Assembly: GCA_963846085.1 (NCBI GenBank)
Contig: CAWJUN010000001.1
Span: 1,274,722-1,338,721, forward strand
Source of the DNA: an uncultured Acidobacteriaceae bacterium
GTDB lineage: Bacteria > Acidobacteriota > Terriglobia > Terriglobales > Acidobacteriaceae
DNA: 64,000 nucleotides
Direction: 5' to 3'
Under the pieces are notes generated by a model, which was given only the letters and a program-made list of their open reading frames with translations, ran no database searches and was not told the DNA's origin. Both the position numbers and the translations under genes were made by a program. Positions within the stretch are counted from its first letter, which is position 1. Every line of letters starts with the position of its first letter. Below are positions 49,847-59,665 of this stretch, piece by piece.

Positions 49847-51925
49847 ATGGCTGTGAGTGACCAGTCTGTCGCCACCGGTACACAACTTGATCAACTGTGT
49901 ATCAACACGATTCGCACTCTTTCGATGGACGCAGTCCAGAAAGCGAACTCCGGCCACCCCGGTACTCCCATGGCTTTGGCGCCCGTGGCCTATTGCCTTT
50001 GGCAGCAGTTCCTCCGCTACGATCCACAAGATCCGATTTGGCCTAATCGCGACCGCTTCGTGCTGTCGAACGGCCACGCCTCAATGCTCTTGTACTCGCT
50101 GATCCATCTGGCGGAGATACGGGAAGCAACTGCCGACGACAAGATTCTTTCGACCCCGGCATTGTCGCTCGATGACCTCAAAGCCTTCAGGCAGCTCGGT
50201 AGCAAGACGCCCGGGCATCCCGAATACGGCTTGACAACAGGAGTCGAAACGACTACGGGCCCGCTGGGCCAAGGCGTCGCGAACAGCGTAGGTATGGCGA
50301 TCGCCGAGCGTTGGCTCGCAACCCATTTCAATCGCACGGGATTTGAGCTCTTCAACTACAACATTTGGACGATCTGCGGTGACGGCGACATGATGGAGGG
50401 CATTTCCTCCGAAGCCGCCTCGATCGCTGGCCATCTCAAGCTTTCCAATCTCTGCTGGATCTACGACAACAACCACATCACGATCGAAGGCAATACCGAC
50501 CTCGCCTACGACGAAAATGTGGCAGCCCGGTTCGAGGCTTACGGTTGGGATGTCACCCACCTCCACGACGCCAACGATCTCGTCGCGCTGGCCGACGCCT
50601 ACCGGCATGCGCTTAGCATCAAAGATCGTCCGAAGCTGATCATCGTCGACAGTCACATCGGCTATGGATCTCCCCATCGCCAGGACACAAAAGAAGCACA
50701 CGGTGAAGCGCTAGGCGAAGAAGAAGTGAAGCTCACAAAGCGTTTCTACGGCTGGCCCGAAGACGCCAAATTCCTTGTCCCCGACGGAGTCTACGAAAAT
50801 TTCCGCGACGGCATTGGCAAGCGTGGAAAACAACTGAACAACCAGTGGAAGGAATTGTTCGGTAAATACGGCACACGATATCCAGATCTCGCAGCGGAAT
50901 ATGAACGAATGCTACATAAGCAACTTCCGGCGGGATGGGACAAGGAACTTCCCACTTTTGCAGCCGATGCCAAGGGACTCGCCACCCGAGATTCGTCGTC
51001 TAAGGTGCTCAACGCTATCGCCAAGAACGACCCTTGGTTGATGGGCGGCGCGGCTGATCTTTATCCCTCCACCAAAACGCGGCTCACTTTCGACGGTGTG
51101 GGTGATTTTGAGGCTAACAACTACAACGCTCGCAATTTCCACTTTGGAATTCGAGAGCATTCCATGGGCGCAATTGTAAACGGCATGGTTTTATCGAAAC
51201 TCCGTGCCTATGGTTCGACCTTCCTCATCTTCAGCGATTACATGAAGATGCCGATCCGTGTCTCCGCGATCATGGAAATCCCTTCGATCTGGATCTTCAC
51301 CCACGATTCCATTGGCGTAGGCGAAGACGGCCCGACCCACCAACCCATCGAGCAACTGGTCACGCTGCGAGCGGTTCCCGGCCTAATTACACTGCGCCCG
51401 GCGGACGCGAACGAAGTTCTCGAAGCCTGGAAAGTAGTCATGTCCCTCACGAAAGAGCCGGCGGCCCTGATTCTGACCCGGCAAGCGGTGCCAACGTTCG
51501 ACCGCACCAAATATGCTCCGGCTGCCGGCGTTGCTCGTGGCGCTTACATTCTCGCCGACGCCGAGGGCGGCAAACCAGAAGTCTTGCTCATGGCCACCGG
51601 TAGCGAGGTTTATCTGTGCATCGAGGCCTATGAACAGCTAAAGGCTGAAGGCGTTCGCGCCCGAGTGGTGAGTATGCCTTCCTGGGAGATTTTCGAACAT
51701 CAGGATCAGAGTTACCGCGATTCTGTGATTCCCCCCGACATCACTGCCCGCGTCGCGGTAGAACAGGCTTCCATTCTTGGCTGGCCCCGTTACACGGGCC
51801 TGACAGGAAGCATCATAGGAATGCACACATTTGGAGCGTCCGCGCCGCTCAAAGATTTGCAAAAGAAGTTTGGTTTCAATTCCCAAGCAATCGTGAAAGC
51901 GGCGCATCAACAGATCGGAAAATGA
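49847..51925 (+). CDS. tkt: Transketolase
   Basis: 692 aa. Motifs SGHPGTPMALAP, GDGDMMEG, HDSIGVGEDGPTHQP. Confidence 0.95.
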   Translation: MAVSDQSVATGTQLDQLCINTIRTLSMDAVQKANSGHPGTPMALAPVAYCLWQQFLRYDPQDPIWPNRDRFVLSNGHASMLLYSLIHLAEIREATADDKILSTPALSLDDLKAFRQLGSKTPGHPEYGLTTGVETTTGPLGQGVANSVGMAIAERWLATHFNRTGFELFNYNIWTICGDGDMMEGISSEAASIAGHLKLSNLCWIYDNNHITIEGNTDLAYDENVAARFEAYGWDVTHLHDANDLVALADAYRHALSIKDRPKLIIVDSHIGYGSPHRQDTKEAHGEALGEEEVKLTKRFYGWPEDAKFLVPDGVYENFRDGIGKRGKQLNNQWKELFGKYGTRYPDLAAEYERMLHKQLPAGWDKELPTFAADAKGLATRDSSSKVLNAIAKNDPWLMGGAADLYPSTKTRLTFDGVGDFEANNYNARNFHFGIREHSMGAIVNGMVLSKLRAYGSTFLIFSDYMKMPIRVSAIMEIPSIWIFTHDSIGVGEDGPTHQPIEQLVTLRAVPGLITLRPADANEVLEAWKVVMSLTKEPAALILTRQAVPTFDRTKYAPAAGVARGAYILADAEGGKPEVLLMATGSEVYLCIEAYEQLKAEGVRARVVSMPSWEIFEHQDQSYRDSVIPPDITARVAVEQASILGWPRYTGLTGSIIGMHTFGASAPLKDLQKKFGFNSQAIVKAAHQQIGK

Positions 51926-52096
51926 AGTTTAAGCAGCAGTTGGGGACGCGTAACGAGATTCCACGTTCCCTTGGAAGGCCGAGCTCTCGTGCGTGGAATG
52001 CAAAGGCCGGCCGCGAGGAACGATTGTTGCGACGCTGGTAAGTCACAGTTTATTAACACAAGCCGATTATTCTGCGAATTGGCTAAAGTTTAGGAG

Positions 52097-54994
52097 ATGG
52101 TCATGAATCCAGTCGAAACACTTGAGACCGCCAAAGCTACCAATCCTCTTGTCCAGCTTCACACGTTCGGCCAGTCGGTCTGGCTTGACTACATTCGTCG
52201 CGACTTGATGAAGAGCGGTGAATTGCAGCGTCTCATTACCGAGGACGGCCTGCGAGGCATGACCTCCAATCCCACAATTTTTGAAAAGGCAATCGCCGGC
52301 GGCCAGTATCAGGATTTCTTGGACTCGCTCGCCAATCGCTCAGACCTCGACGCCAAAGGCCGTTACGAATTGCTCGCCATTCGCGACATTCAGGATGCCG
52401 CCGATATTCTCACGCCCGTTTATCAAGCATCGAAGAAGCACGACGGCTATGTAAGCCTGGAAGTCTCTCCCTACCTAGCAAACGACACGGAGGGGACGCT
52501 CGACGAGGCGAGGAGACTGTGGAAGGCCGTGGCGCGTGAAAACGTCATGATCAAAGTACCTGGCACGCCCGAAGGAATTCCGGCATTTCGCCAGCTGATC
52601 TGCGAGGGAATTAACGTAAACGTCACGCTGCTTTTCGCGCAGCCCGTGTATGAGCAAGTTGCAGCCGCCTTCATCGATGGAGTCGAGCGCTTCGCCGGCG
52701 GTGGTGGAGACGTGAGCAAGGTTGCGAGCGTGGCCAGCTTCTTCATCAGCCGAATCGATTCGCTCGTCGATTCTTTAGTTGGCGATCAACTCAAGAAAGA
52801 GACCGACGCAACGCGCAAAGCAAAGTTGCAGGGCATCCTTGGCAAGGTTGCGATCGCCAACGGCAAGCTGACCTACGAGGCCTACCAGCAAATCTTCTCC
52901 ACTCCTCGCTGGAAGGCGCTGGCAGCGAAAGGCGCGCAAACGCAACGCGTGCTTTGGGCCAGCACCAGCACGAAAAATCCGAACTACGGCGACGTTCTCT
53001 ACGTGGAGGAACTGATCGGACCAGACACTGTGGACACCATCCCTCCGGCCACCTTCGACGCCTTCCGCGACCATGGCAAGCCACGCCTAAGCCTCACCGA
53101 AAATCTGGATGCGGCTCGTCAGACGATGGCTGACCTTGCGGCCGTCGGCATTGTGATGAAAGACGTAACCGAGAAATTAACTAAGGACGGCGTCAAACTA
53201 TTCGCCGACGCATTCGATACTTTGCTCGCGGCAGTGGAACAAAACACTAAGCGATCAAGCGTACCGAAGGTGAACGCGCAGAACACTTCCCTGCCCTCCG
53301 ATCTCGATACAGCGGTAAAAAAAAACGTTAAGGATTGGCGTGCCACCGGAAAAGTAAGACGCCTCTGGCACCAGGATGCCACCCTGTGGACCGATGACGA
53401 CGAGTCGAAGTGGCTGGGTTGGCTGGCGATCACCGACGACCAACTGGCCAATCTAGATCAACTCAAGGGGTTTGCCGACGAAGTTAAGAGTCTAGGTTTT
53501 TCTGACATCCTGCTGCTCGGTATGGGCGGATCGAGCCTCTGTCCAGAGGTCCTTTCGCTAACTTATCCTCAGGCGCCCGGTTTCCCACGCCTGCATATCC
53601 TAGATTCGACCGATCCGGCGCAAATCAAGAGTATTGAAGAAAAAATCGATCTCGCGAAGACACTTTTTATCGTTTCCAGTAAATCGGGCAGTACTCTCGA
53701 GCCCAACATCTATAAGCAATACTTCTTCGAGCGCGTTCAGCAAACCATCGGCAGCGAAAAAGCAGGCAGCCACTTTGTCGCCATTACCGATCCTGGATCG
53801 AAGATGCAGCTTGTCGCCGAGCGTGATCGCTTCCTCCACATCTTTTACGGACTGCCTTCAATTGGCGGGCGCTATTCCGCGCTCTCGAATTTTGGCATGA
53901 TTCCCGCCGCCGCCATGGGGCTCGACACCGCCAAATTCCTCTCACGAACCAAAGAAATGGTCGAAGCCTGCAAACCGGTTACACCCGTTGAACAGAACCC
54001 GGGAGTGCAGCTTGGCGTGGTGATGGGAACCGCCGCCAAACTCGGTCGTGACAAAATTACCCTAATCACCTCGAACGGAATTTCCGATCTTGGTGCGTGG
54101 CTCGAACAATTAATCGCCGAGTCCACGGGCAAAGTCGGCAAAGGTATCATTCCGGTCGATCGCGAGAGCCTCGGCGCGCCCGAGGTTTACGGCAACGACC
54201 GCATCTTCGCTTACCTTCGACTGGAGGGCGTGTCCGACGAGGAACAAGAGGCCAAGGTTTCCGCGCTTGAAAAGGCCGGGCATCCGGTCGTACGCATCGT
54301 CGTCTCCGACACCTATGGTTTAGGACAGGAATTCTTCCGTTGGGAAATTGCGACCGCTGTTGCCGGATCGATCATCGGCATCAATGCCTTCAATCAACCC
54401 GATGTCGAAGCGAGCAAAATTGTAACCAAGCAACTCACGTCCGCTTACGAAAGCTCGGGCTCGCTTCCGGTCGAACAACCGATCGTAGACGAGGATGGTA
54501 TCAAGCTCTTCTCCGACGAGATCAACGCCGCTGAACTGGCCAAAGCCGCCGGGTCGTCCTCCGCGGGCAAACTGCAGAGCTATTTGCGCGCACACTTGGC
54601 CCGTCTAGGAACCGGAGACTACTTTGCCGTCCTCGGCTACATCGAGATGAATCCCGAGCACGAGACTTTGCTGCAAAATCTGCGCTTGGCCGTACGCGAC
54701 CGCAAGCATGTAGCAACTGTTCTGGGCTTCGGCCCGCGTTATCTGCACTCCACGGGGCAAGCTTACAAAGGTGGCCCCAACTCTGGAGTATTTCTCCAGA
54801 TTACGTGCGATGACGCTCAGGATCTGCAGGTTCCAGGCCAGAAATACACGTTCGGCATCGTAAAAGCAGCCCAGGCTCGCGGCGATTTCCAGGTTTTGGC
54901 CGACCGCAAGCGTCGGGCTCTGCGCGTTCACATCGGCAGCGACATTAAGGCCGGTCTCAGCAAACTCGCAAAACTGGTAAAACAGTCCTTGTAA
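52097..54994 (+). CDS. Bifunctional transaldolase / glucose-6-phosphate isomerase fusion
   Basis: 965 aa. N-terminal transaldolase (QSVWLDYIRRDL, TSNPTIF, MIKVPGT). C-terminal PGI (LLLGMGGSSL, FIVSSKSGSTLE, GGRYS). The ATG at 52103 has better spacing to AGGAG and may be the true start. Confidence 0.9.
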   Translation: MVMNPVETLETAKATNPLVQLHTFGQSVWLDYIRRDLMKSGELQRLITEDGLRGMTSNPTIFEKAIAGGQYQDFLDSLANRSDLDAKGRYELLAIRDIQDAADILTPVYQASKKHDGYVSLEVSPYLANDTEGTLDEARRLWKAVARENVMIKVPGTPEGIPAFRQLICEGINVNVTLLFAQPVYEQVAAAFIDGVERFAGGGGDVSKVASVASFFISRIDSLVDSLVGDQLKKETDATRKAKLQGILGKVAIANGKLTYEAYQQIFSTPRWKALAAKGAQTQRVLWASTSTKNPNYGDVLYVEELIGPDTVDTIPPATFDAFRDHGKPRLSLTENLDAARQTMADLAAVGIVMKDVTEKLTKDGVKLFADAFDTLLAAVEQNTKRSSVPKVNAQNTSLPSDLDTAVKKNVKDWRATGKVRRLWHQDATLWTDDDESKWLGWLAITDDQLANLDQLKGFADEVKSLGFSDILLLGMGGSSLCPEVLSLTYPQAPGFPRLHILDSTDPAQIKSIEEKIDLAKTLFIVSSKSGSTLEPNIYKQYFFERVQQTIGSEKAGSHFVAITDPGSKMQLVAERDRFLHIFYGLPSIGGRYSALSNFGMIPAAAMGLDTAKFLSRTKEMVEACKPVTPVEQNPGVQLGVVMGTAAKLGRDKITLITSNGISDLGAWLEQLIAESTGKVGKGIIPVDRESLGAPEVYGNDRIFAYLRLEGVSDEEQEAKVSALEKAGHPVVRIVVSDTYGLGQEFFRWEIATAVAGSIIGINAFNQPDVEASKIVTKQLTSAYESSGSLPVEQPIVDEDGIKLFSDEINAAELAKAAGSSSAGKLQSYLRAHLARLGTGDYFAVLGYIEMNPEHETLLQNLRLAVRDRKHVATVLGFGPRYLHSTGQAYKGGPNSGVFLQITCDDAQDLQVPGQKYTFGIVKAAQARGDFQVLADRKRRALRVHIGSDIKAGLSKLAKLVKQSL

Positions 54995-55001
54995 GTTTTT
55001 A

Positions 55002-55026
55002 GGCAGACGGAACCGTGCCGTTTTTT
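55002..55026 (+). terminator. Weak hairpin plus T6 run downstream of tal-pgi
   Basis: GGCAGACGGAACCGTGCC (6 bp with a 2-nt bulge, GAAC loop) followed by G and TTTTTT (55021-55026), 8 nt after the stop. Confidence 0.4.
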
Positions 55027-55152
55027 GCTGTTTGCTTTCGTCTGAAGTGCGTTCGCCCTTCGGGCAGACTCTCTTTACTTTTCGGTTACGGGGAACGCTG
55101 CGATAAACGTTGAATCCACGTGCGGCCTGAGCCGCTGAGGGCTGAACCAACA

Positions 55153-56154
55153 ATGCAACTCGGAATGGTAGGTCTCGGGCGCATGGGCGCCAACATGACG
55201 CGGCGCCTGATGCGCGGCGGCCACACGATGGTCGTGTCTGACCTCAGTGCGAATGCGATCAAGGAACTCGCCGGGGAAGGCGCAGTGGCATCTTCCTCTC
55301 TCGATGACTTGGTCAGCAAACTAACCGCTCCGCGTGCCGCCTGGATCATGGTTCCCTCGGGCGACGCCACAGAAAAAACTGTGGAAGCGCTCCTTAGAAC
55401 CATGCAGTCGGGCGACACGATCATCGATGGCGGCAACTCCTACTTTAAAGACGATGTGCGCCGCTCGAAACTCTGCGCCGCGAAAGGCGTGAACTACGTC
55501 GACGTCGGAACCAGCGGCGGAGTCTGGGGTCTAGAGCGTGGTTACTGCATGATGATCGGCGGTCCGAAAGAGGTCGTCCAGCGCCTCGATCCCATCTTCA
55601 AAACACTGGCTCCAGGACGAGGCGACACGTCGCGCACTCCGGGACGCGAAAAGCTCTCAGGCGCTGCCGTCGGGACCTCCGAAGACGGCTACATCCACTG
55701 CGGACCTTCCGGCGCCGGGCATTTCGTCAAAATGGTCCACAACGGGATCGAATACGGGATCATGCAAGCCTACGCCGAGGGATTCGATATTTTCAAGAAC
55801 GCAACCAGCAAAGACCTTCCCGAAGACATTCGGTATGATCTCAACTTGCCCGATGTCGCTGAAGTCTGGCGCCGTGGCAGTGTGATCAGTTCCTGGCTGC
55901 TCGATCTGACCGCGATGGCGCTGCTTGAAAATCCAACGCTCTCCGAGTACGGCGGATTCGTACAGGATTCCGGAGAAGGTCGCTGGACCATCCAAGCGGC
56001 GCTCGAAGAGGCTGTGCCCGCCGAGGTCCTTACGGCAGCGTTATACACCCGCTTCCGTTCACGCCAGGAGCACACTTTCGCGGAGAAGATGCTCTCCGCA
56101 ATGCGACAGAAATTTGGCGGACACATTGAGCTTAAACCGCCCGCGAAAACCTAG
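55153..56154 (+). CDS. gnd: 6-phosphogluconate dehydrogenase, decarboxylating (short ~330-aa type)
   Basis: ORF 55120-56154. ATG at 55153 gives [15 protein letters not shown] (Rossmann). [16 protein letters not shown] signature. Confidence 0.88.
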   Translation: MQLGMVGLGRMGANMTRRLMRGGHTMVVSDLSANAIKELAGEGAVASSSLDDLVSKLTAPRAAWIMVPSGDATEKTVEALLRTMQSGDTIIDGGNSYFKDDVRRSKLCAAKGVNYVDVGTSGGVWGLERGYCMMIGGPKEVVQRLDPIFKTLAPGRGDTSRTPGREKLSGAAVGTSEDGYIHCGPSGAGHFVKMVHNGIEYGIMQAYAEGFDIFKNATSKDLPEDIRYDLNLPDVAEVWRRGSVISSWLLDLTAMALLENPTLSEYGGFVQDSGEGRWTIQAALEEAVPAEVLTAALYTRFRSRQEHTFAEKMLSAMRQKFGGHIELKPPAKT

Positions 56155-56182
56155 TAACCGACGGCTCCAGCACGAGGAAAGA

Positions 56183-57727
56183 ATGGCTCAAACAGAAGTT
56201 CTGCCTGCAGCTATCAAACCGCGCGTAGGGCGTATCGGAGATCCCTGTGTCATGGTGATCTTCGGTTTCTCTGGCGACCTGACCCGCCGCAAACTGATCC
56301 CCGCCCTTTACAACCTTGCCAGCCAACAACTGCTCTCGCGAGAGTTCGCCGTGATCGGTGTCGGGCGCAGTCCGATGAGCGATGACGACGCGCGCAAGAA
56401 AGTAACCGAGGATTTCAAACATTTCGCTACAGGAGCCGTCGATCAGGATCTTTGGGAATGGTTTGTCCGCCGCATCAGTTACATCAGTGGAGACTTTGAC
56501 GATCCCACCACCTACGACCGCTTGAACGAAGCGCTCGCCAGGGTCGATAAAGAACACAATTCCCACGGTAATTACTTTTTTTATCTCGCGACTGCTCCTA
56601 ACTTCTTTGGCGGCATCGTTGAGCATCTCGGCCATGTCGGCCTGATGACCGAAGAAAAAGACACGCATTGGCGGCGAGTGATCATCGAAAAACCTTTCGG
56701 ACATGATCTCGATTCCGCGAAAGCCCTGAACCAGCAGATCTTGAAGGTCGCCGCCGAATGCCAGATCTACCGCATTGATCACTATCTCGGAAAAGAGACA
56801 GTGCAAAACATCTTGGCCCTCCGTTTCGCGAACGGGATTTTCGAACCGATCTGGAACCGTCGCTATATCGATCACGTTCAAATTTCGGTCGCCGAAACGG
56901 TAGGCGTTGAAACTCGCGGCGGCTACTACGATGGTGCCGGAGCGCTTCGGGACATGGTGCCCAACCACATCATGCAACTCATCACGCTGACCGCCATGGA
57001 GCCTCCGATTTCCTTCGAGGCCAATGCCGTCCGCGACGAGCAAGCCAAGATTCTGCACGCGATTCAGCCTTTCAGCAACGAGGACGTGCTTAGCAAGACT
57101 ATTCGCGGACAGTACGGCGAAGGGCTTGTCGACGGCAAGCGCGTCCCTGGTTATCGCAACGAAGAGGGTGTCCCTCCAGACTCCCGCACCGAAACGTTTG
57201 TAGCGATGCGGCTCTTGATCGACAACTGGCGCTGGGCTGGAGTTCCTTTCTATCTGCGGACTGGCAAGCGGCTGCCCGGACGCAACACGCATGTTGTGAT
57301 TCAATTCCGGCGTGCGCCTTTCATGCTGTTTCGCGAGACCCAGGTTGAGAACATGATGCCGAATCAACTCGTCCTCCACATTCAGCCGGAAGAGGGTATC
57401 TCGTTGCGCTTCGCCGCGAAGACTCCCGGACCCGCGATGCAACTCGGCGAAGTAAATATGGACTTTGAGTACGCCGACTATTTCGGTATCAACCCGTCAA
57501 CCGGCTACGAACGTCTGTTGCACGACTGCATGACGGGAGATGCTACGCTCTTCCAGCGCGCCGACATGGTGGAGGCAGGTTGGAGTATCGTTAATCCTGT
57601 GATGGATGTTTGGAAGGCCTTACCTCCACGTTATTTCCCCAACTATCCCGCCGGCACCTGGGGCCCGAAAGAATCCGACGAACTAATGGAGCGCGATGGC
57701 CGGCGCTGGAGAAATTTCGAGAAATGA
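56183..57727 (+). CDS. zwf: Glucose-6-phosphate 1-dehydrogenase
   Basis: ORF 55925-57727. ATG at 56183 is preceded by GAGGAAAG. Motifs [26 protein letters not shown]. Confidence 0.93.
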   Translation: MAQTEVLPAAIKPRVGRIGDPCVMVIFGFSGDLTRRKLIPALYNLASQQLLSREFAVIGVGRSPMSDDDARKKVTEDFKHFATGAVDQDLWEWFVRRISYISGDFDDPTTYDRLNEALARVDKEHNSHGNYFFYLATAPNFFGGIVEHLGHVGLMTEEKDTHWRRVIIEKPFGHDLDSAKALNQQILKVAAECQIYRIDHYLGKETVQNILALRFANGIFEPIWNRRYIDHVQISVAETVGVETRGGYYDGAGALRDMVPNHIMQLITLTAMEPPISFEANAVRDEQAKILHAIQPFSNEDVLSKTIRGQYGEGLVDGKRVPGYRNEEGVPPDSRTETFVAMRLLIDNWRWAGVPFYLRTGKRLPGRNTHVVIQFRRAPFMLFRETQVENMMPNQLVLHIQPEEGISLRFAAKTPGPAMQLGEVNMDFEYADYFGINPSTGYERLLHDCMTGDATLFQRADMVEAGWSIVNPVMDVWKALPPRYFPNYPAGTWGPKESDELMERDGRRWRNFEK

Positions 57728-58779
57728 TCTTAGCGGGAGACATAGGCGGGACAAACGCTCGCCTTAGCTTTTATCGCGAGGATGCCAACAAAGATCGCGA
57801 CAATGGGAATAGCAGCAACGGCGGATTTAGCGTCGTTCGCGAACAGATTTTCAAGAGTCGCGAGTTTCGCGGGCTGGACGAGATTGTGCTCAAGTTCATC
57901 TCGGAAACGGGCATCCACCCTGACATCGCGAGCTTTGGAATCGCCGGCCCCGTGCGCGATGGACGAGTCGAAACATCGAACTTACCCTGGGTTGTCGAGT
58001 CGTCGCGTCTCGCACAAGAATTGCGGCTCGATTCGGTGAGCCTGATTAACGATCTCGAAGCCCAAGCTTGGGGCATCCAGTGTCTGGCACCGACCGACAC
58101 GGTCGCGCTCAATCCAGGCCCCAACCATCAGACGCTGGCCGGCAATCAAGCCGTGATTGCAGCCGGTACGGGACTCGGCGAGGCAGGGCTCATCTGGGAT
58201 GGAGAACGACAGCATATCTTCGCCTGTGAAGGCGGACACTGCGATTTCGCTGCTCGCACCGAACTGGAAATCGAGCTACTTCGCTATCTTCTGACCCGCT
58301 TTGGACACGTCAGTTACGAGCGTATTCTCTCTGGGCCCGGCCTGGTGAACGTATATCTGTTTCTCAAAGACACCCATCGTGGCGAAGAGCCCCAATGGTT
58401 GCGTGACGAAATTGCAGCCGGTGATCACGGGGCAGCGATCTCCAAAGCCGCTCTCTCGGGGAAAGTGCCGCTTGCCGAACAAGCCCTTGATTTATGGATT
58501 TCGATCTACGGCGCCGAGGCAGGCAACCTCGCGCTTAAGGTTCTGGCTTCGGGTGGCGTATTTCTTGCGGGAGGAATTGCCCCAAAGATTTTGCCAAAAC
58601 TTTCTGGACCTCTGTTTATGCAGGGGTTTCTTCACAAGGGACGTATGCAGCCTCTACTTGAGGCAATTCCCGTGCGCGTGATTACCAATGAAAAAACGGG
58701 CCTGTTAGGAGCCGCCTGTTACGGCGCTCGACACGCAGCTAACAGCGCGCGCGAATTTACTGCGAGTCGTTTGAAATAA
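57724..58779 (+). CDS. glk: Glucokinase
   Basis: ATG at 57724 overlaps the zwf stop (ATGA). [17 protein letters not shown]-binding motif. Glucokinase-family length. Confidence 0.88.
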   Translation: MILAGDIGGTNARLSFYREDANKDRDNGNSSNGGFSVVREQIFKSREFRGLDEIVLKFISETGIHPDIASFGIAGPVRDGRVETSNLPWVVESSRLAQELRLDSVSLINDLEAQAWGIQCLAPTDTVALNPGPNHQTLAGNQAVIAAGTGLGEAGLIWDGERQHIFACEGGHCDFAARTELEIELLRYLLTRFGHVSYERILSGPGLVNVYLFLKDTHRGEEPQWLRDEIAAGDHGAAISKAALSGKVPLAEQALDLWISIYGAEAGNLALKVLASGGVFLAGGIAPKILPKLSGPLFMQGFLHKGRMQPLLEAIPVRVITNEKTGLLGAACYGARHAANSAREFTASRLK

Positions 58780-58863
58780 GATCCTAGTGTGGAGAGGGGA
58801 TTTTTGGCCAGCCGTAGTGCGGCGAAACCTCGCGGTCTCCGCCCCGTACTCTGGAAAAAACCA

Positions 58864-59610
58864 ATGCCGCCGATACGAACCATAGAAGTGCTCGCTTCCG
58901 CCGCCGATCTCTTTCACACCGCCGCTGAAGAATTCGTCAGCACTGGTCGCACCGCGATCGGCGCCCAGGGCCGCTTTTCCGTTGCACTTTCGGGCGGCGC
59001 CACGCCTAAAGCTCTCTATTCTCTCCTCGCTAGCTACTACGCCAACTTCGCCTGGAATCGAACTTTTTTGTTCTTTGGTGACGAGCGCCATGTCCCTCCC
59101 TCGGACCCCGAAAGCAACTACCGGATGGTCAACGAATCCTTGCTATCAAAGATCGAGATTCCCGCCGAGAACGTTTTCCGAGTTCATGCCGAAAATCCGG
59201 ATGCAGAGATCGCTGCTTCCCAATACGAAGACCAAGTCCGGCATTTCTTTGCGCTGAAGCCGTTAGAATTCCCGCGCTTCGATTTGATTCTTCTCGGCAT
59301 GGGACCCGATGGCCACACCGCGTCCCTTTTCCCAGGCTCCCCCGCGCTAGAAGAACAGTCGCGGCTGGTGGTCGCGAATTGGGTCGAGAAATTTAAGACT
59401 CACCGCATCACTTTCACCTTCCCCGTTCTCAATCATGCTGCGGAAGCCATGTTCATGGCTAGCGGATCCGATAAGGCCGACATGGTGCATCAGGTTCTCG
59501 AAAGCAAGAACACCCTCCTGCTTCCCTCGCAACGAATCCACCCCACCAATGGAAAACTACTGTGGATGCTTGATGAAGCTGCCGCCGTGAAATTGACGCG
59601 CCGAACTTAG
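58864..59610 (+). CDS. pgl: 6-phosphogluconolactonase
   Basis: ORF 58789-59610. The start at 58864 gives MPPIRTIEV. Motifs LSGG.TP, FFGDER.VP, LLGMGPDGHTASLFP. Confidence 0.85.
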   Translation: MPPIRTIEVLASAADLFHTAAEEFVSTGRTAIGAQGRFSVALSGGATPKALYSLLASYYANFAWNRTFLFFGDERHVPPSDPESNYRMVNESLLSKIEIPAENVFRVHAENPDAEIAASQYEDQVRHFFALKPLEFPRFDLILLGMGPDGHTASLFPGSPALEEQSRLVVANWVEKFKTHRITFTFPVLNHAAEAMFMASGSDKADMVHQVLESKNTLLLPSQRIHPTNGKLLWMLDEAAAVKLTRRT

Positions 59611-59665
59611 CCAGTAAAAAAGTCGGCTGTCGCTTGCGCAACAGGCGCGCCTCTATCCTCTTCGG

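Noticed and set aside
53317-53325. A9 homopolymer inside tal-pgi
   Set aside because: The reading frame is intact across it (AVKKNVK) and both flanking domains are in frame. I noted it only as an indel-prone site.
56132-57442. 436-aa ORF antisense to zwf
   Set aside because: It lies entirely inside, and opposite to, a gene with unmistakable G6PDH motifs. Its composition is Arg/Ala/Gly/Val-rich, typical of shadow ORFs on the antisense strand of GC-rich genes. It has no recognisable motifs and no start context.
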